Source: Centroscyllium fabricii
Lineage: Eukaryota
Assembly (NCBI GenBank): GCA_051313645.2
Contig: JBNRSN020000470.1
Span: 248,001 to 312,000 of the forward strand
DNA: 64,000 bases
Reading direction: 5' to 3'
A program made the translations under genes and the position numbers. This document shows positions 13,540 through 29,371 of the stretch, one piece after another. The notes under the pieces were generated by a model. The model searched no databases, had not been told where the DNA came from, and saw only the letters and a list, made by a program, of their open reading frames with translations. Each line of letters opens with the position of its first letter. Positions within the stretch are counted from its first letter, which is position 1.

Positions 13540-16500
13540 TAATACCCGCCGTACTGGGGGAGATAATACCCGCCGTATTGGGGGAGATAATACCCGCCGT
13601 ACTGGGGGAGATAATAGCCGCCGTACTGGGGGAGATAATAGCCGCCGTACTGGGGGAGATAATACCCGCCGTACTGGGGGAGATAATAACTGATGTACTG
13701 GGGGTGATAATACCTGCCATACTGGAGGAGATAATACCTGCCGTACGTGGGGAGATAATACCCGCCGTACTGGGGGAGATAATACCCGCCGTACTGGGGG
13801 AGATAATACCCGCCGTACTGGGGTAGATAATACCCGCCGTACTGGGGGTGATAATACCCGCCGTACTGTGGGTGATGATACCTGCCGTACGGGGAGAAAT
13901 AATGCCCGCCGTACTGGGGGAGATAATACCTGCCGTACGGGGGGAAATAATGCCCGCCGTACTGGGGGTGATAATACCTGCCGTACGGGGGGAAATAATG
14001 CTCGCCGTACTGGGGGTGATAATACCTGCCATACTGGGGGATATAATACCTGCCGTACGGGGGGAGATAATACCCGCCGTACTGGGGGAGATAATACCCG
14101 CCGTACTGGGGGAGATAATACCTGCCGTACTCTGGGAGATAATACCCACTGTACTGGGGAGGTAATACCCGCCGTACTGGGGATAATACCTGCCGTACTG
14201 GAGGTGATAATACCTTCCGTACTGGGAGTGACAATACCTTCCGTACTGGGAGTGATAATACCTACCGTACTGGGAGAGATAATACCCGCCGTACTGTGGG
14301 AGATAATAACTGCCGTACTGTGGGAGATAATAACTGCCGTACTGGGGGAGATAACACCCGCCGTACTGGGGGAGATAATACCCGCCGTACTGGGGAGATA
14401 ATACCCGCCGTACTGGGGGAGATAATACCTGATGTACTGGGGGTGATAATACCCGCCGTACTGGGGGAGATGATACCCGCCGTACTGGGGGTGATAATAC
14501 CCGCCGTACTGGGGTTGTTGATAACCGCCGTACTGGGAGTGATAATAGCTACCGTACTGGGAAAGATAATACCTGCCGTAGTGGGGGAGATAATACCTGC
14601 CGTGCTGGGAGAGATAATACTCGCCGTACTGGGGGTGATACCTGCCGTACGGGGAGAAATAATGCCTGCCGTACTGGGGGAGATAATACCTGCCGTACGG
14701 GGGGAAATAGTGCCCGACGTACTGGGGGTGATAATACCTGCCGTACTGGGGGAAATAATGCTCGCTGTACTGGGGTTGATAATACCTGCCATACTGGGGG
14801 AGATAATACCTGCCGTACTGGGGGAGATGATACCTGCCGTACGGGGGGAGATAATACCCGCCGTACGGTGGGAGATAATACCCGCCGTACTTGGGGAGAT
14901 AACACCCGCCGTACTGGGAGTGATAATACCTGTCGTACTGGGGGTGATAATACCTGCCGTACTGTGAGAAATAATGCCCGCCGTACTGGGGGAGATAATA
15001 CCTGCCGTACGGGGGGGAATAATGCTCGCCGTACTGGTGGTGATAATACCTGCCATACTGGAGGAGATAATACCTGCCGTACGGGGGGAGATAATACCCG
15101 CCGCACTGGGGGAGATAATACCCGCCGTACTGGGATTGATAATACCCGCCGTACTGGGGGTGATACCTGCCGTACGGGGAGAAATAATGCCCGCCGTTCT
15201 GGGGGAGATAATACCTGCCGTACGGGGGGAAATAATGCCCGACGTACTGGGGGTGATAATACCTGCCGTACTGGGGGAAATAATGCTCGCCGTACTGGGG
15301 TTGATAATACCTGCCATACTGGGGGAGATAATACCTGCCGTACGGGGGGGAATAATGCTCGCCGTACTGGTGGTGATAATACCTGCAGTACTGGGGGAGA
15401 TAATACCCGCTGTACCGGGTGAGATAATACCCGCCGTACTGGGGGAGATAATACCCGCCGTACTGGAGGAGATAATACCCAACGTACTGGGGGAGATAAT
15501 ATCCGCCGCAGTGGGGGTGATAATACCCGCCGTAATGGGGTAGATAATACCCGCCGTACATGGGGTGATAATACCTGCCGTACTGGGGGAGATAATATCC
15601 GCCGTACTGGGGGAGATAATATCCGCCGTACTGGGGGTGTTAATACCTGATGTACTGGGGGTGATAATACCTGCCGTACTGGGGGTGATAATACCTGCCG
15701 TACTGGGAGTGATAATACCTGACGTACTGGGGGAGATAATACCCGCCGTACTGGGGGTGATAATACCCGCCGTACTGGGGGTGATAATACCCGCCGTACT
15801 GGGGGAGATAATACCCGCCGTACTGGGGGAGATAATACCTGCCGTACCGGGAGAGATGATACCTGCCGTACTGTGGGAGATAATAACTGCCGTACTGTGG
15901 GAGATAATACCCACTGTACTGGGGGAGATAATACCCGCCGTACTGGGGGAGATAATACCTACCATACTGGGAGAGATAATACCTGCCGTACTGTGGGAGA
16001 TAATAACTGCCGTACTGTGGGAGATAATACCCACTGTACTGGGGGAGATAATACCCGCAGTACTGGGGGAGATAATACCTGCCGTACTGGGGGAGATAAT
16101 ACCCGCAGTACTGGGGGTGATAATACCTGCCGTACTGGGGTGATAATACCCACCGTACTGGGGGAGGTAATACTCGCCGTACTCGGGGAGATAATACCTG
16201 CCGTACTGGGGGAGATAATACCCGCTGTACTGGGGGAGATAATACCTGCCGTCCTGGGGGAGATAATACCCGCCGTACAGGGGGTGATAATACCCGCCGT
16301 ACTGGGGGAGATAATACTCGCCGTACTGGGTGAGATAATACCCGCCGTACTGGGGGAGATAATACCTGCCGTACTGGGGGAGATAATACCTGCCGTACTG
16401 GAGGCGATAATACCCGCCGTATTGGAGGAGATAATACCCGCCGTACTGTGGGAGATAATACCCGCCGTACCGGAGGAGATAATACCCGCCGTACTGGAGG

Positions 16501-19500
16501 AGATAATACCTGCCGTACTGGAGGAGCTAATACCCGCCGTACTGGGGGAGATAATACCCGCCGTACTGGGGGAGATAATAGCTGCCGTACTGGGGGAGAT
16601 AATACACGCCGTACTGGGGGAGATAATACCCACCGTACTGGGGGAGATAGTACCCGCCGTACTGGGGGAGATAATACCCGCCGTACTGGAGGAGATAATA
16701 CCCGCCGTACTGGGGGAGATAATACCCGCCAAGTGGGGTGATAATACCTGCCGTATTGGGGGTGATAATACCCGCCGTACTTGGGGAGATAATACCTGCC
16801 GTACTGCGAATGATAATACCCGCCGTACTGAAGGAGATGATACCTGCCCTACTGGGAATAATAATATTCGCCGTTCTGGGGGAGATAATACCCGCCGTAC
16901 TGGGGGTGATAATACTCGCCGTACTGAGGGAGATAATACCCACCGTACTCGGGGAGATAATACCCGCCGTACTGGAGGAGATAATACCCGCCGTACTGGG
17001 GCGTCATAATACCAGCCGTACTGGGGGTGATAATACCTGCCGTACTGGTTGCGATAATACCTGCTGTACTGGGGGTGATAATACCCACCGTACTCGGGGC
17101 GATAATACCCGCCGTACTGGAGGAGATAATACCCGCCGTACTGGGGCGTCATAATACCAGCCGTACTGGGGATGATAGTACCTGCCGTACTGGGGGGAAT
17201 AATACCGGACATACTGTGGGCGATAATTGCTGCCGTACTCGGGGAGATAATACCTGCCGTACTGGAGGAGATAATACCCGCTGTAGTGGGGGAGATAATA
17301 ACCGCCGTACTGGGGGAGATAATACCTGCCGTACTGGAGGAGATAATACCCTCTGTCCTGGGGGAGATAATACCCGCCGTACTGGAGGAGATAATACCCG
17401 CCGTACTGGGGGAGATAATACCTGCCGTACTGGGGGAGATAACACCCACCGCACTGGTTGTGATAATACCTGCTGTACTGGGGGTGATAATACCCGCCGT
17501 ACTAGGGGAGATAATACCTGCCGTACTGGGGGAGATAATACCTGCCGTAGTGGGGGTGATGATACCCGCTGTACTGGGGGAGATTATACCTGCCGTACTG
17601 GAGGGGATAATACCCGCCGTACTGGGGGAGATAATACCTGCCGTACTGGAGGCGATAATACCCGCCGTATTGGAGGAGATAATACCCGCCGTACTGTGGG
17701 AGATAATACCCGCCGTACTGGGGGAGATAATACCCGCCGTATTGGGGGAGATAATACCCGCCGTACTGGGGGAGATAATACCTGCCGTACTGGAGGAGCT
17801 AATACCCGCCGTACTGGGGGAGATAATACCCGCCGTATTGGGGGAGATAATACCCGCCGTACTGGGGGAGATAATAGCCGCCGTACTGGGGGAGATAATA
17901 CCCGCCGTACTGGAGGAGATAATACCTGCCGTACTGGAGGAGCTAATACCCGCCGTACTGGGGGAGATAATACCCGCCGTATTGGGGGAGATAATACCCG
18001 CCGTACTGGGGGAGATAATAGCCGCCGTACTGGGGGAGATAATAGCCGCCGTACTGGGGGAGATAATACCCGCCGTACTGGGGGAGATAATAACTGATGT
18101 ACTGGGGGTGATAATACCTGCCATACTGGAGGAGATAATACCTGCCGTACGTGGGGAGATAATACCCGCCGTACTGGGGGAGATAATACCCGCCGTACTG
18201 GGGGAGATAATACCCGCCGTACTGGGGGAGATAATACCCGCCGTACTGGGGTAGATAATACCCGCCGTACTGGGGGTGATGATACCCGCCGTACTGTGGG
18301 TGATGATACCTGCCGTACGGGGAGAAATAATGCCCGCCGTACTGGGGGAGATAATACCTGCCGTACGGGGGGAAATAATGCCCGCCGTACTGGGGGTGAT
18401 AATACCTGCCGTACGGGGGGAAATAATGCTCGCCGTACTGGGGGTGATAATACCTGCCATACTGGGGGATATAATACCTGCCGTACGGGGGGAGATAATA
18501 CCCGCCGTACTGGGGGAGATAATACCCGCCGTACTGGGGGAGATAATACCTGCCGTACTCTGGGAGATAATACCCACTGTACTGGGGAGGTAATACCCGC
18601 CGTACTGGGGATAATACCTGCCGTACTGGAGGTGATAATACCTTCCGTACTGGGAGTGACAATACCTTCCGTACTGGGAGTGATAATACCTACCGTACTG
18701 GGAGAGATAATACCCGCCGTACTGTGGGAGATAATACCTGCCGTGCTGGGAGAGATAATACTCGCCGTACTGGGGGTGATACCTGCCGTACGGGGAGAAA
18801 TAATGCCTGCCGTACTGGGGGAGATAATACCTGCCGTACGGGGGGAAATAGTGCCCGACGTACTGGGGGTGATAATACCTGCCGTACTGGGGGAAATAAT
18901 GCTCGCTGTACTGGGGTTGATAATACCTGCCATACTGGGGGAGATAATACCTGCCATACTGGGGGAGATGATACCTGCCGTACGGGGGGAGATAATACCC
19001 GCCGTACGGTGGGAGATAATACCCGCCGTACTTGGGGAGATAACACCCGCCGTACTGGGAGTGATAATACCTGTCGTACTGGGGGTGATAATACCTGCCG
19101 TACTGTGAGAAATAATGCCCGCCGTACTGGGGGAGATAATACCTGCCGTACGGGGGGGAATAATGCTCGCCGTACTGGTGGTGATAATACCTGCCATACT
19201 GGAGGAGATAATACCTGCCGTACGGGGGGAGATAATACCCGCCGCACTGGGGGAGATAATACCCGCCGTACTGGGATTGATAATACCCGCCGTACTGGGG
19301 GTGATACCTGCCGTACGGGGAGAAATAATGCCCGCCGTTCTGGGGGAGATAATACCTGCCGTACGGGGGGAAATAATGCCCGACGTACTGGGGGTGATAA
19401 TACCTGCCGTACTGGGGGAAATAATGCTCGCCGTACTGGGGTTGATAATACCTGCCATACTGGGGGAGATAATACCTGCCGTACGGGGGGGAATAATGCT

Positions 19501-21915
19501 CGCCGTACTGGTGGTGATAATACCTGCAGTACTGGGGGAGATAATACCCGCTGTACCGGGTGAGATAATACCCGCCGTACTGGGGGAGATAATACCCGCC
19601 GTACTGGAGGAGATAATACCCAACGTACTGGGGGAGATAATATCCGCCGCAGTGGGGGTGATAATACCCGCCGTAATGGGGTAGATAATACCCGCCGTAC
19701 ATGGGGTGATAATACCTGCCGTACTGGGGGAGATAATATCCGCCGTACTGGGGGAGATAATATCCGCCGTACTGGGGGTGTTAATACCTGATGTACTGGG
19801 GGTGATAATACCTGCCGTACTGGGGGTGATAATACCTGCCGTACTGGGAGTGATAATACCTGACGTACTGGGGGAGATAATACCCGCCGTACTGGGGGTG
19901 ATAATACCCGCCGTACTGGGGGTGATAATACCCGCCGTACTGGGGGAGATAATACCCGCCGTACTGGGGGAGATAATACCTGCCGTACCGGGAGAGATGA
20001 TACCTGCCGTACTGGAGGTGATAATACCTTCCGTACTGGGAGTGATAATACCTACCATACTGGGAGAGATAATACCTGCCGTACTGTGGGAGATAATAAC
20101 TGCCGTACTGTGGGAGATAATACCCACTGTACTGGGGGAGATAATACCCGCAGTACTGGGGGAGATAATACCTGCCGTACTGGGGGAGATAATACCCGCA
20201 GTACTGGGGGTGATAATACCTGCCGTACTGGGGTGATAATACCCACCGTACTGGGGGAGGTAATACTCGCCGTACTCGGGGAGATAATACCTGCCGTACT
20301 GGGGGAGATAATACCCGCTGTACTGGGGGAGATAATACCTGCCGTCCTGGGGGAGATAATACCCGCCGTACAGGGGGTGATAATACCCGCCGTACTGGGG
20401 GAGATAATACTCGCCGTACTGGGTGAGATAATACCCGCCGTACTGGGGGAGATAATACCTGCCGTACTGGGGGAGATAATACCTGCCGTACTGGAGGCGA
20501 TAATACCCGCCGTATTGGAGGAGATAATACCCGCCGTACTGTGGGAGATAATACCCGCCGTACCGGAGGAGATAATACCCGCCGTACTGGAGGAGATAAT
20601 ACCTGCCGTACTGGAGGAGCTAATACCCGCCGTACTGGGGGAGATAATACCCGCCGTACTGGGGGAGATAATAGCTGCCGTACTGGGGGAGATAATACAC
20701 GCCGTACTGGGGGAGATAATACCCACCGTACTGGGGGAGATAGTACCCGCCGTACTGGGGGAGATAATACCCGCCGTACTGGAGGAGATAATACCCGCCG
20801 TACTGGGGGAGATAATACCCGCCAAGTGGGGTGATAATACCTGCCGTATTGGGGGAGATAATACCCGCCGTACTTGGGGAGATAATACCCGCCGTACTGG
20901 GGGAGATAATACCCGCCGTTCTGGGGGAGGTAATACCCGCCGTACTGGAGGAGATAATACCCAACGTATTGGGAGTGATGATACCCGCCGTACTGGAGGA
21001 GATAATACCTGCCGTACTGCGAATGATAATACCCGCCATACTGAAGGAGATGATACCTGCCCTACTGGGAATAATAATATTCGCCGTTCTGGGGGAGATA
21101 ATACCCGCCGTACTGGGGGTGATAATACTCGCCGTACTGAGGGAGATAATACCCACCGTACTCGGGGAGATAATACCCGCCGTACTGGAGGAGATAATAC
21201 CCGCCGTACTGGGGCGTCATAATACCAGCCGTACTGGGGGTGATAATACCTGCCGTACTGGTTGCGATAATACCTGCTGTACTGGGGGTGATAATACCCA
21301 CCGTACTCGGGGCGATAATACCCGCCGTACTGGAGGAGATAATACCCGCCGTACTGGGGCGTCATAATACCAGCCGTACTGGGGATGATAGTACCTGCCG
21401 TACTGGGGGGAATAATACCGGACATACTGTGGGCGATAATTGCTGCCGTACTCGGGGAGATAATACCTGCCGTACTGGAGGAGATAATACCCGCTGTAGT
21501 GGGGGAGATAATAACCGCCGTACTGGGGGAGATAATACCTGCCGTACTGGAGGAGATAATACCCTCTGTCCTGGGGGAGATAATACCCGCCGTACTGGAG
21601 GAGATAATACCCGCCGTACTGGGGGAGATAATACCTGCCGTACTGGGGGAGATAACACCCGCCGCACTGGTTGTGATAATACCTGCTGTACTGGGGGTGA
21701 TAATACCCGCCGTACTAGGGGAGATAATACCTGCCGTACTGGGGGAGATAATACCTGCCGTAGTGGGGGTGATGATACCCGCTGTACTGGGGGAGATTAT
21801 ACCTGCCGTACTGGAGGGGATAATACCCGCCGTACTGGGGGAGATAATACCTGCCGTACTGGAGGCGATAATACCCGCCGTATTGGAGGAGATAATACCC
21901 GCCGTACTGTGGGAG
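13540..21915. repeat. Higher-order tandem duplication, ~4.1-4.4 kb period (approx. 13540-17700 / 17950-21915)
   Basis: Identical or near-identical variant strings and ORF pairs: 13848/18276, 14974/19115, 15565/19706, 17027/21240. Confidence 0.85.
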
Positions 21916-24900
21916 ATAATACCCGCCGTACCGGAGGAGATAATACCTGCCGTACTGGAGGAGATAATACCTGCCGTACTGGAGGAGCTAATACCCGCTG
22001 TAGTGGGGGAGATAATAACCGCCGTACTGGGGGAGATAATACCTGCCGTACTGGAGGAGATAATACCCGCTGTAGTGGGGGAGATAATAACCGCCGTACT
22101 GGGGGAGATAATACCTGCCGTACTGGAGGAGATAATACCCTCTGTCCTGGGGGAGATAATACCCGCCGTACTGGAGGAGATAATACCCGCCGTACTGGGG
22201 GAGATAATACCTGCCGTACTGGGGGAGATAACACCCGCCGCACTGGTTGTGATAATACCTGCTGTACTGGGGGTGATAATACCCGCCGTACTAGGGGAGA
22301 TAATACCTGCCGTACTGGGGGAGATAATACCTGCCGTAGTGGGGGTGATGATACCCGCCGTACATGGGGTGATAATACCTGCCGTACTGGGGGAGATAAT
22401 ATCCGCCGTACTGGGGGAGATAATATCCGCCGTACTGGGGGTGTTAATACCTGATGTACTGGGGGTGATAATACCTGCCGTACTGGGGGTGATAATACCT
22501 GCCGTACTGGGAGTGATAATACCTGACGTACTGGGGGAGATAATACCCGCCGTACTGGGGGTGATAATACCCGCCGTACTGGGGGTGATAATACCCGCCG
22601 TACTGGGGGAGATAATACCCGCCGTACTGGGGGAGATAATACCTGCCGTACCGGGAGAGATGATACCTGCCGTACTGGAGGTGATAATACCTTCCGTACT
22701 GGGAGTGATAATACCTACCATACTGGGAGAGATAATACCTGCCGTACTGTGGGAGATAATAACTGCCGTACTGTGGGAGATAATACCCACTGTACTGGGG
22801 GAGATAATACCCGCAGTACTGGGGGAGATAATACCTGCCGTACTGGGGGAGATAATACCCGCAGTACTGGGGGTGATAATACCTGCCGTACTGGGGTGAT
22901 AATACCCACCGTACTGGGGGAGGTAATACTCGCCGTACTCGGGGAGATAATACCTGCCGTACTGGGGGAGATAATACCCGCTGTACTGGGGGAGATAATA
23001 CCTGCCGTCCTGGGGGAGATAATACCCGCCGTACAGGGGGTGATAATACCCGCCGTACTGGGGGAGGTAATACTCGCCGTACTCGGGGAGATAATACCTG
23101 CCGTACTGGGGGAGATAATACCCGCCGTACTGAGGGAGATAATACCCACCGTACTCGGGGAGATAATACCCGCCGTACTGGAGGAGATAATACCCGCCGT
23201 ACTGGGGCGTCATAATACCAGCCGTACTGGGGGTGATAATACCTGCCGTACTGGTTGCGATAATACCTGCTGTACTGGGGGTGATAATACCCACCGTACT
23301 CGGGGCGATAATACCCGCCGTACTGGAGGAGATAATACCCGCCGTACTGGGGCGTCATAATACCAGCCGTACTGGGGATGATAGTACCTGCCGTACTGGG
23401 GGGAATAATACCGGACATACTGTGGGCGATAATTGCTGCCGTACTCGGGGAGATAATACCTGCCGTACTGGAGGAGATAATACCCGCTGTAGTGGGGGAG
23501 ATAATAACCGCCGTACTGGGGGAGATAATACCTGCCGTACTGGAGGAGATAATACCCTCTGTCCTGGGGGAGATAATACCCGCCGTACTGGAGGAGATAA
23601 TACCCGCCGTACTGCGGGAGATAATACCTGCCGTACTGGGGGAGATAACACCCGCCGCACTGGTTGTGATAATACCTGCTGTACTAGGGGAGATAATACC
23701 TGCCGTACTGGGGGAGATAATACCTGCCGTAGTGGGGGTGATGATACCCGCTGTACTGGGGGAGATTATACCTGCCGTACTGGAGGGGATAATACCCGCC
23801 GTACTGGGGGAGATAATACCTGCCGTACTGGAGGCGATAATACCCGCCGTATTGGAGGAGATAATACCCGCCGTACTGTGGGAGATAATACCCGCCGTAC
23901 CGGAGGAGATAATACCCGCCGTACTGGAGGAGATAATACCTGCCGTACTGGAGGAGCTAATACCCGCTGTAGTGGGGGAGATAATAACCGCCGTACTGGG
24001 GGAGATAATACCTGCCGTACTGGAGGAGATAATACCCGCTGTAGTGGGGGAGATAATAACCGCCGTACTGGGGGAGATAATACCTGCCGTACTGGAGGAG
24101 ATAATACCCTCTGTCCTGGGGGAGATAATACCCGCCGTACTGGAGGAGATAATACCCGCCGTACTGGGGGAGATAATACCTGCCGTACTGGGGGAGATAA
24201 CACCCGCCGCACTGGTTGTGATAATACCTGCTGTACTGGGGGTGATAATACCCGCCGTACTAGGGGAGATAATACCTGCCGTACTGGGGGAGATAATACC
24301 TGCCGTAGTGGGGGTGATGATACCCGCTGTACTGGGGGAGATTATACCTGCCGTACTGGAGGGGATAATACCCGCCGTACTGGGGGAGATAATACCTGCC
24401 GTACTGGAGGCGATAATACCCGCCGTATTGGAGGAGATAATACCCGCCGTACTGTGGGAGATAATACCTGCCGTACCGGAGGAGATAATACCCGCCGTAC
24501 TGGAGGAGATAATACCTGCCGTACTGGAGGAGCTAATACCCGCCGTACTGGGGGAGATAATAGCCGCCGTACTGGGGGAGATAATAGCCGCCGTACTGGG
24601 GGAGATAATAGCCGCCGTACTGGGGGAGATAATACACGCCGTACTGGGGGAGATAATACCCACCGTACTGGGGGAGATAGTACCCGCCGTACTGGGGGAG
24701 ATAATACCCGCCGTACTGGAGGAGATAATACCCGCCGTACTGGGGGAGATAATACCCGCCAAGTGGGGTGATAATACCTGCCGTATTGGGGGTGATGATA
24801 CCCGCCGTACTGGGGGTGATAATACCCGCCGTACTTGGGGAGATGATACCCGCCGTACTGGGGGAGATAATACCCGCCGTTCTGGGGGAGGTAATACCCG

Positions 24901-27900
24901 CCGTACTGGAGGAGATAATACCCAACGTATTGGGAGTGATGATACCCGCCGTACTGGAGGAGATAATACCTGCCGTACTGCGAATGATAATACCCGCCGT
25001 ACTGAAGGAGATGATACCTGCCCTACTGGGAATAATAATATTCGCCGTTCTGGGGGAGATAATACCCGCCGTACTGGGGGTGATAATACTCGCCGTACTG
25101 AGGGAGATAATACCCACCGTACTCGGGGAGATAATACCCGCCGTACTGGAGGAGATAATACCCGCCGTACTGGGGCGTCATAATACCAGCCGTACTGGGG
25201 ATGATAGTACCTGCCGTACTGGGGGGAATAATACCGGACATACTGTGGGCGATAATTGCTGCCGTACTCGGGGAGATAATACCTGCCGTACTGGAGGAGA
25301 TAATACCCGCTGTAGTGGGGGAGATAATAACCGCCGTACTGGGGGAGATAATACCTGCCGTACTGGAGGAGATAATACCCTCTGTCCTGGGGGAGATAAT
25401 ACCCGCCGTACTGGAGGAGATAATACCCGCCGTACTGGGGGAGATAATACCTGCCGTACTGGGGGAGATAACACCCGCCGCACTGGTTGTGATAATACCT
25501 GCTGTACTGGGGGTGATAATACCCGCCGTACTAGGGGAGATAATACCTGCCGTACTGGGGGAGATAATACCTGCCGTAGTGGGGGTGATGATACCCGCTG
25601 TACTGGGGGAGATTATACCTGCCGTACTGGAGGGGATAATACCCGCCGTACTGGGGGAGATAATACCCGCCGTACTAGGGGAGATAATACCTGCCGTAGT
25701 GGGGGAGATAATACCCGCCGTACTGGGGGTGATAATACCCGCCGTGCTGGGGGAGATAATACCCGCCGTACTGGGGGTGATAACACCTGATGCAGTGGGG
25801 GTGATCATACCTGCCATACTGGGGGGTGATAATACCGCCGTACTGGGGGAGATAATACCCGCCGTAGTGGGGGTGATAATACCCGCCGTACTGGGGGAGA
25901 TAATACCTGCCGTACCGGGAGAGATGATACCTGCCGTACTGGAGGTGATAATACCTTCCGTACTGGGAGTGATAATACCTACCGTACTGGGAGAGATAAT
26001 ACCTGCCGTACTGTGGGAGATAATAACTGCCGTACTGTGGGAGATAATAACTGCCGTACTGCGGCAGATAACACCAGCCGTACTGCGTGAGATACTACCC
26101 GCCAAGGGGGGAGATAATACCCGCTCTACTGGGGGAGATAATAACCGCCGTACTGGGGGAGATAATACCCGCCGTACTGGGGGAGATAATACCCACTGTA
26201 CTGGGGGAGATAATACCCGCAGTACTGGGGGAGATAATACCTGCCGTACTGGGGGAGATAATACCCGCAGTACTGGGGGTGATAATACCTGCCGTACTGG
26301 GGTGATAATACCCGCCGTACTGGGGGAGGTAATACTCGCCGTACTCGGGGAGATAATACCTGCCGTACTGGGGGAGATAATACCCGCTGTACTGGGGGAG
26401 ATAATACCCGCTGTACTAGGGGAGATAATACCTGCCGTACAGGGGGTGATAATACCCGCCGTACAGGGGGTGATAATACCCGCCGTACTGGGGGAGATAA
26501 TACTCGCCGTACTGGGTGAGATAATACCCGCCGTACTGGGGGAGATAATACCTGCCGTACTGGGGGAGATAATAACCGACGTACTGGGGGGTGATAATAC
26601 CCGCCGTGCTGGGGGAGATAATACCCGCCGTACTGGGGGTGATAACACCTGATGCAGTGGGGGTGATCATAATTGCCCTACTGGGGGGTGATAATACCGC
26701 CGTACTGGGGGAGATAATACCTGCCGTAGTGGGGGTGATAATACCCGCGGTACTGGGGGAGATAATACCCGCCGTATTGGGGGAGATAATACCCGCCGTA
26801 TTGGGGGAGATAATACCCGCCGTATTGGGGGAGATAATACCCGCCGTATTGGGGGAGATAATACCCGCCGTATTGGGGGAGATAATACCCGCCGTATTGG
26901 GGGAGATAATACCCGCCGTATTGGGGGAGATAATACCCGCCGTATTGGGGGAGATAATACCCGCCGTATTGGGGGAGATAATACCCGCCGTATTGGGGGA
27001 GATAATACCCGCCGTATTGGGGGAGATAATACCCGCCGTATTGGGGGAGATAATACCCGCCGTATTGGGGGAGATAATACCCGCCGTACTGGGGGAGATA
27101 ATACCTGCCGTACTGCGAGTGATAATACCTGCCGTACTGGGAATGGGAATACCTGCCGTACTGGGGGAGATAATACCCGCCGTACTGGGGAGATAATACC
27201 CACCGTACTGGGGGAGATAATACCCGCCGTACTGGGGGAGATAATACCTGCCGTACTGGAGGCGATAATACCCGCCGTACTGTGGGAGATAATACCCGCC
27301 GTACTGGAGGAGATAATACCCGCCGTTCTGGGGATGATAATACCCGCCGTACTGGGGGAGATAATACCCGCCGTACTGGGGGAGATAATACCCGCCGTAC
27401 TGGGGGAGATAATACCCGCCGTACTGGGGGAGATAATACCCGCCGTACTGGGGGAGATAATACCCGCCGTACTGGGGGAGATAATACCCGCCGTACTGGG
27501 GGAGATAATACCCGCCGTACTGGAGGAGATAATACCCGCCAAGTGGGGTGATAATACCTGCCGTATTGGGGGTGATGATACCCGCCGTACTGTGAGAGAT
27601 AATACCCGCCGTACTGGGGGAGATAATACCTGCCGTACTGGGGGAGATAATACCTGCCGTTCTTGGGGAGATAATACCTCCCGTACTGGAGGCGATAATA
27701 CCCGCCGTACTGTGAGAGATAATACCCGCCGTACTGGAGGAGATAATACCCGCCGTACTGGGAGTGATAATACCTGCTGTACTGGAGGAGATAATACCCG
27801 GCGTACTGGGGATGATAATACCCGCCGTACTGGGGGAGATAATACCCGCCGTACTGGGGGAGATAATACCCGCCGTACTGGGGGAGATAATACCTGCCGT

Positions 27901-29111
27901 ACTGGAGGCGATAATACCCGTCGTACTGGAGGAGATAATACCCGCCGTTCTGGGGATGATAATACCCGCCGTACTGGGGGAGATAATACCCGCCGTACTG
28001 GGGGAGATAATACCTGCCGTACTGGGGGAGATAATACCCGCCGTACTGGGGGAGATAATACCCGCCGTACTGGGGGAGATAATACCCGCCGTACTGGGGG
28101 AGATAATACCCGCCGTACTGGAGGGGATAATACCCGCCAAGTGGGGTGATAATACCTGCCGTGTTGGGGGTGATGATACCCGCCGTACTTGGGGTGATGA
28201 TACCCGCCGTACTTGGGGAGATAATACCCGCCGTACTGGTGGAGATAATACCCGCAGTACTGTGGGAGATAATACCCGCCGTACTGGAGGAGATAATACC
28301 CGCCGTACTGGGAGTGATAATACCTGCTGTACTGGAGGAGATAATAGCCGCCGTACTGGGGATGATAATACCCGCCGTACTGGGGGAGATAATACCCGCC
28401 GTCCTGGGAGTGATAATACCCGCCGTACTGGGGGAGATAATACCCGCCGTACTGGGGGAGATAATACCCGCCGTACTGGGGGAGATAATACCCGCCGTAC
28501 TGGGGGAGATAATACCCGCCGTACTGGGGGAGATAATACCCGCCGTACTGGGGGAGATAATACCCGCCGTACTGGGGGAGATAATACCCGCCGTACTGGG
28601 GGAGATAATACCCGCCGTACTGGGGGAGATAATACCCGCCGTACTGGGGGAGATAATACCCGCCGTACTGGGGGAGATAATACCCGCCGTACTGGGGGAG
28701 ATAATACCCGCCGTACTGGGGGAGATAATACCCGCCGTACTGGGGGAGATAATACCCGCCGTACTGGGGGAGATAATACCCGCCGTACTGGAGGAGATAA
28801 TACCCGCCAAGTGGGGTGATAATACCTGCCGTACTGGGGGTGATAATACCTGCCGTACTGGGGTAGATAATACCCGCCGTACATGGGGTGATAATACCCG
28901 CCGTACTGGGGGGGATGATACCCGCCGTACTGTGGGTGATGATACCTGCCGTACTAGGAGTGATGATACCTGACGTACTGGGGGAGATAATAGCCGTCGT
29001 ACTGGGGGAGATAATAGCCGCCGTACTGGGGGTGATAATACCCGCCGTACTGGGGGAGATTATACCCGCCGTACTGGGAGAGATGATATCTGCCGTACTA
29101 AGGGTGATAAT

Positions 29112-29371
29112 GTGGAGGTGCCGGTGTTGGACTGGGGTGGACAAATGCAAGAAGTCACACAACACCAGATTTATAGTCCAACGGTTTTATTTTAAATCAC
29201 AAGCTTCCGGAGCGCTGCTCCTTCCTCAGGTGGACAGACAGAAGAGACTGACTTAAAGATCACACATATCGGAGGAAGGGAGAAATCCGACCTCTTCCAC
29301 ATCTCACCCCAGCAGAGACTGAGAGCACACAAAGGCACATTAACATATTTTAACACCTCAGTCTGCGAGCA
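29112..29371 (-). mobile_element. 260-bp Penelope-like insert, copy 2
   Basis: Same sequence and junctions as 12083-12342 (offset 17029). Confidence 0.75.
29198..29232 (-). ncRNA. Minimal hammerhead ribozyme motif, degenerate, copy 2
   Basis: Same as 12169-12203. Confidence 0.7.
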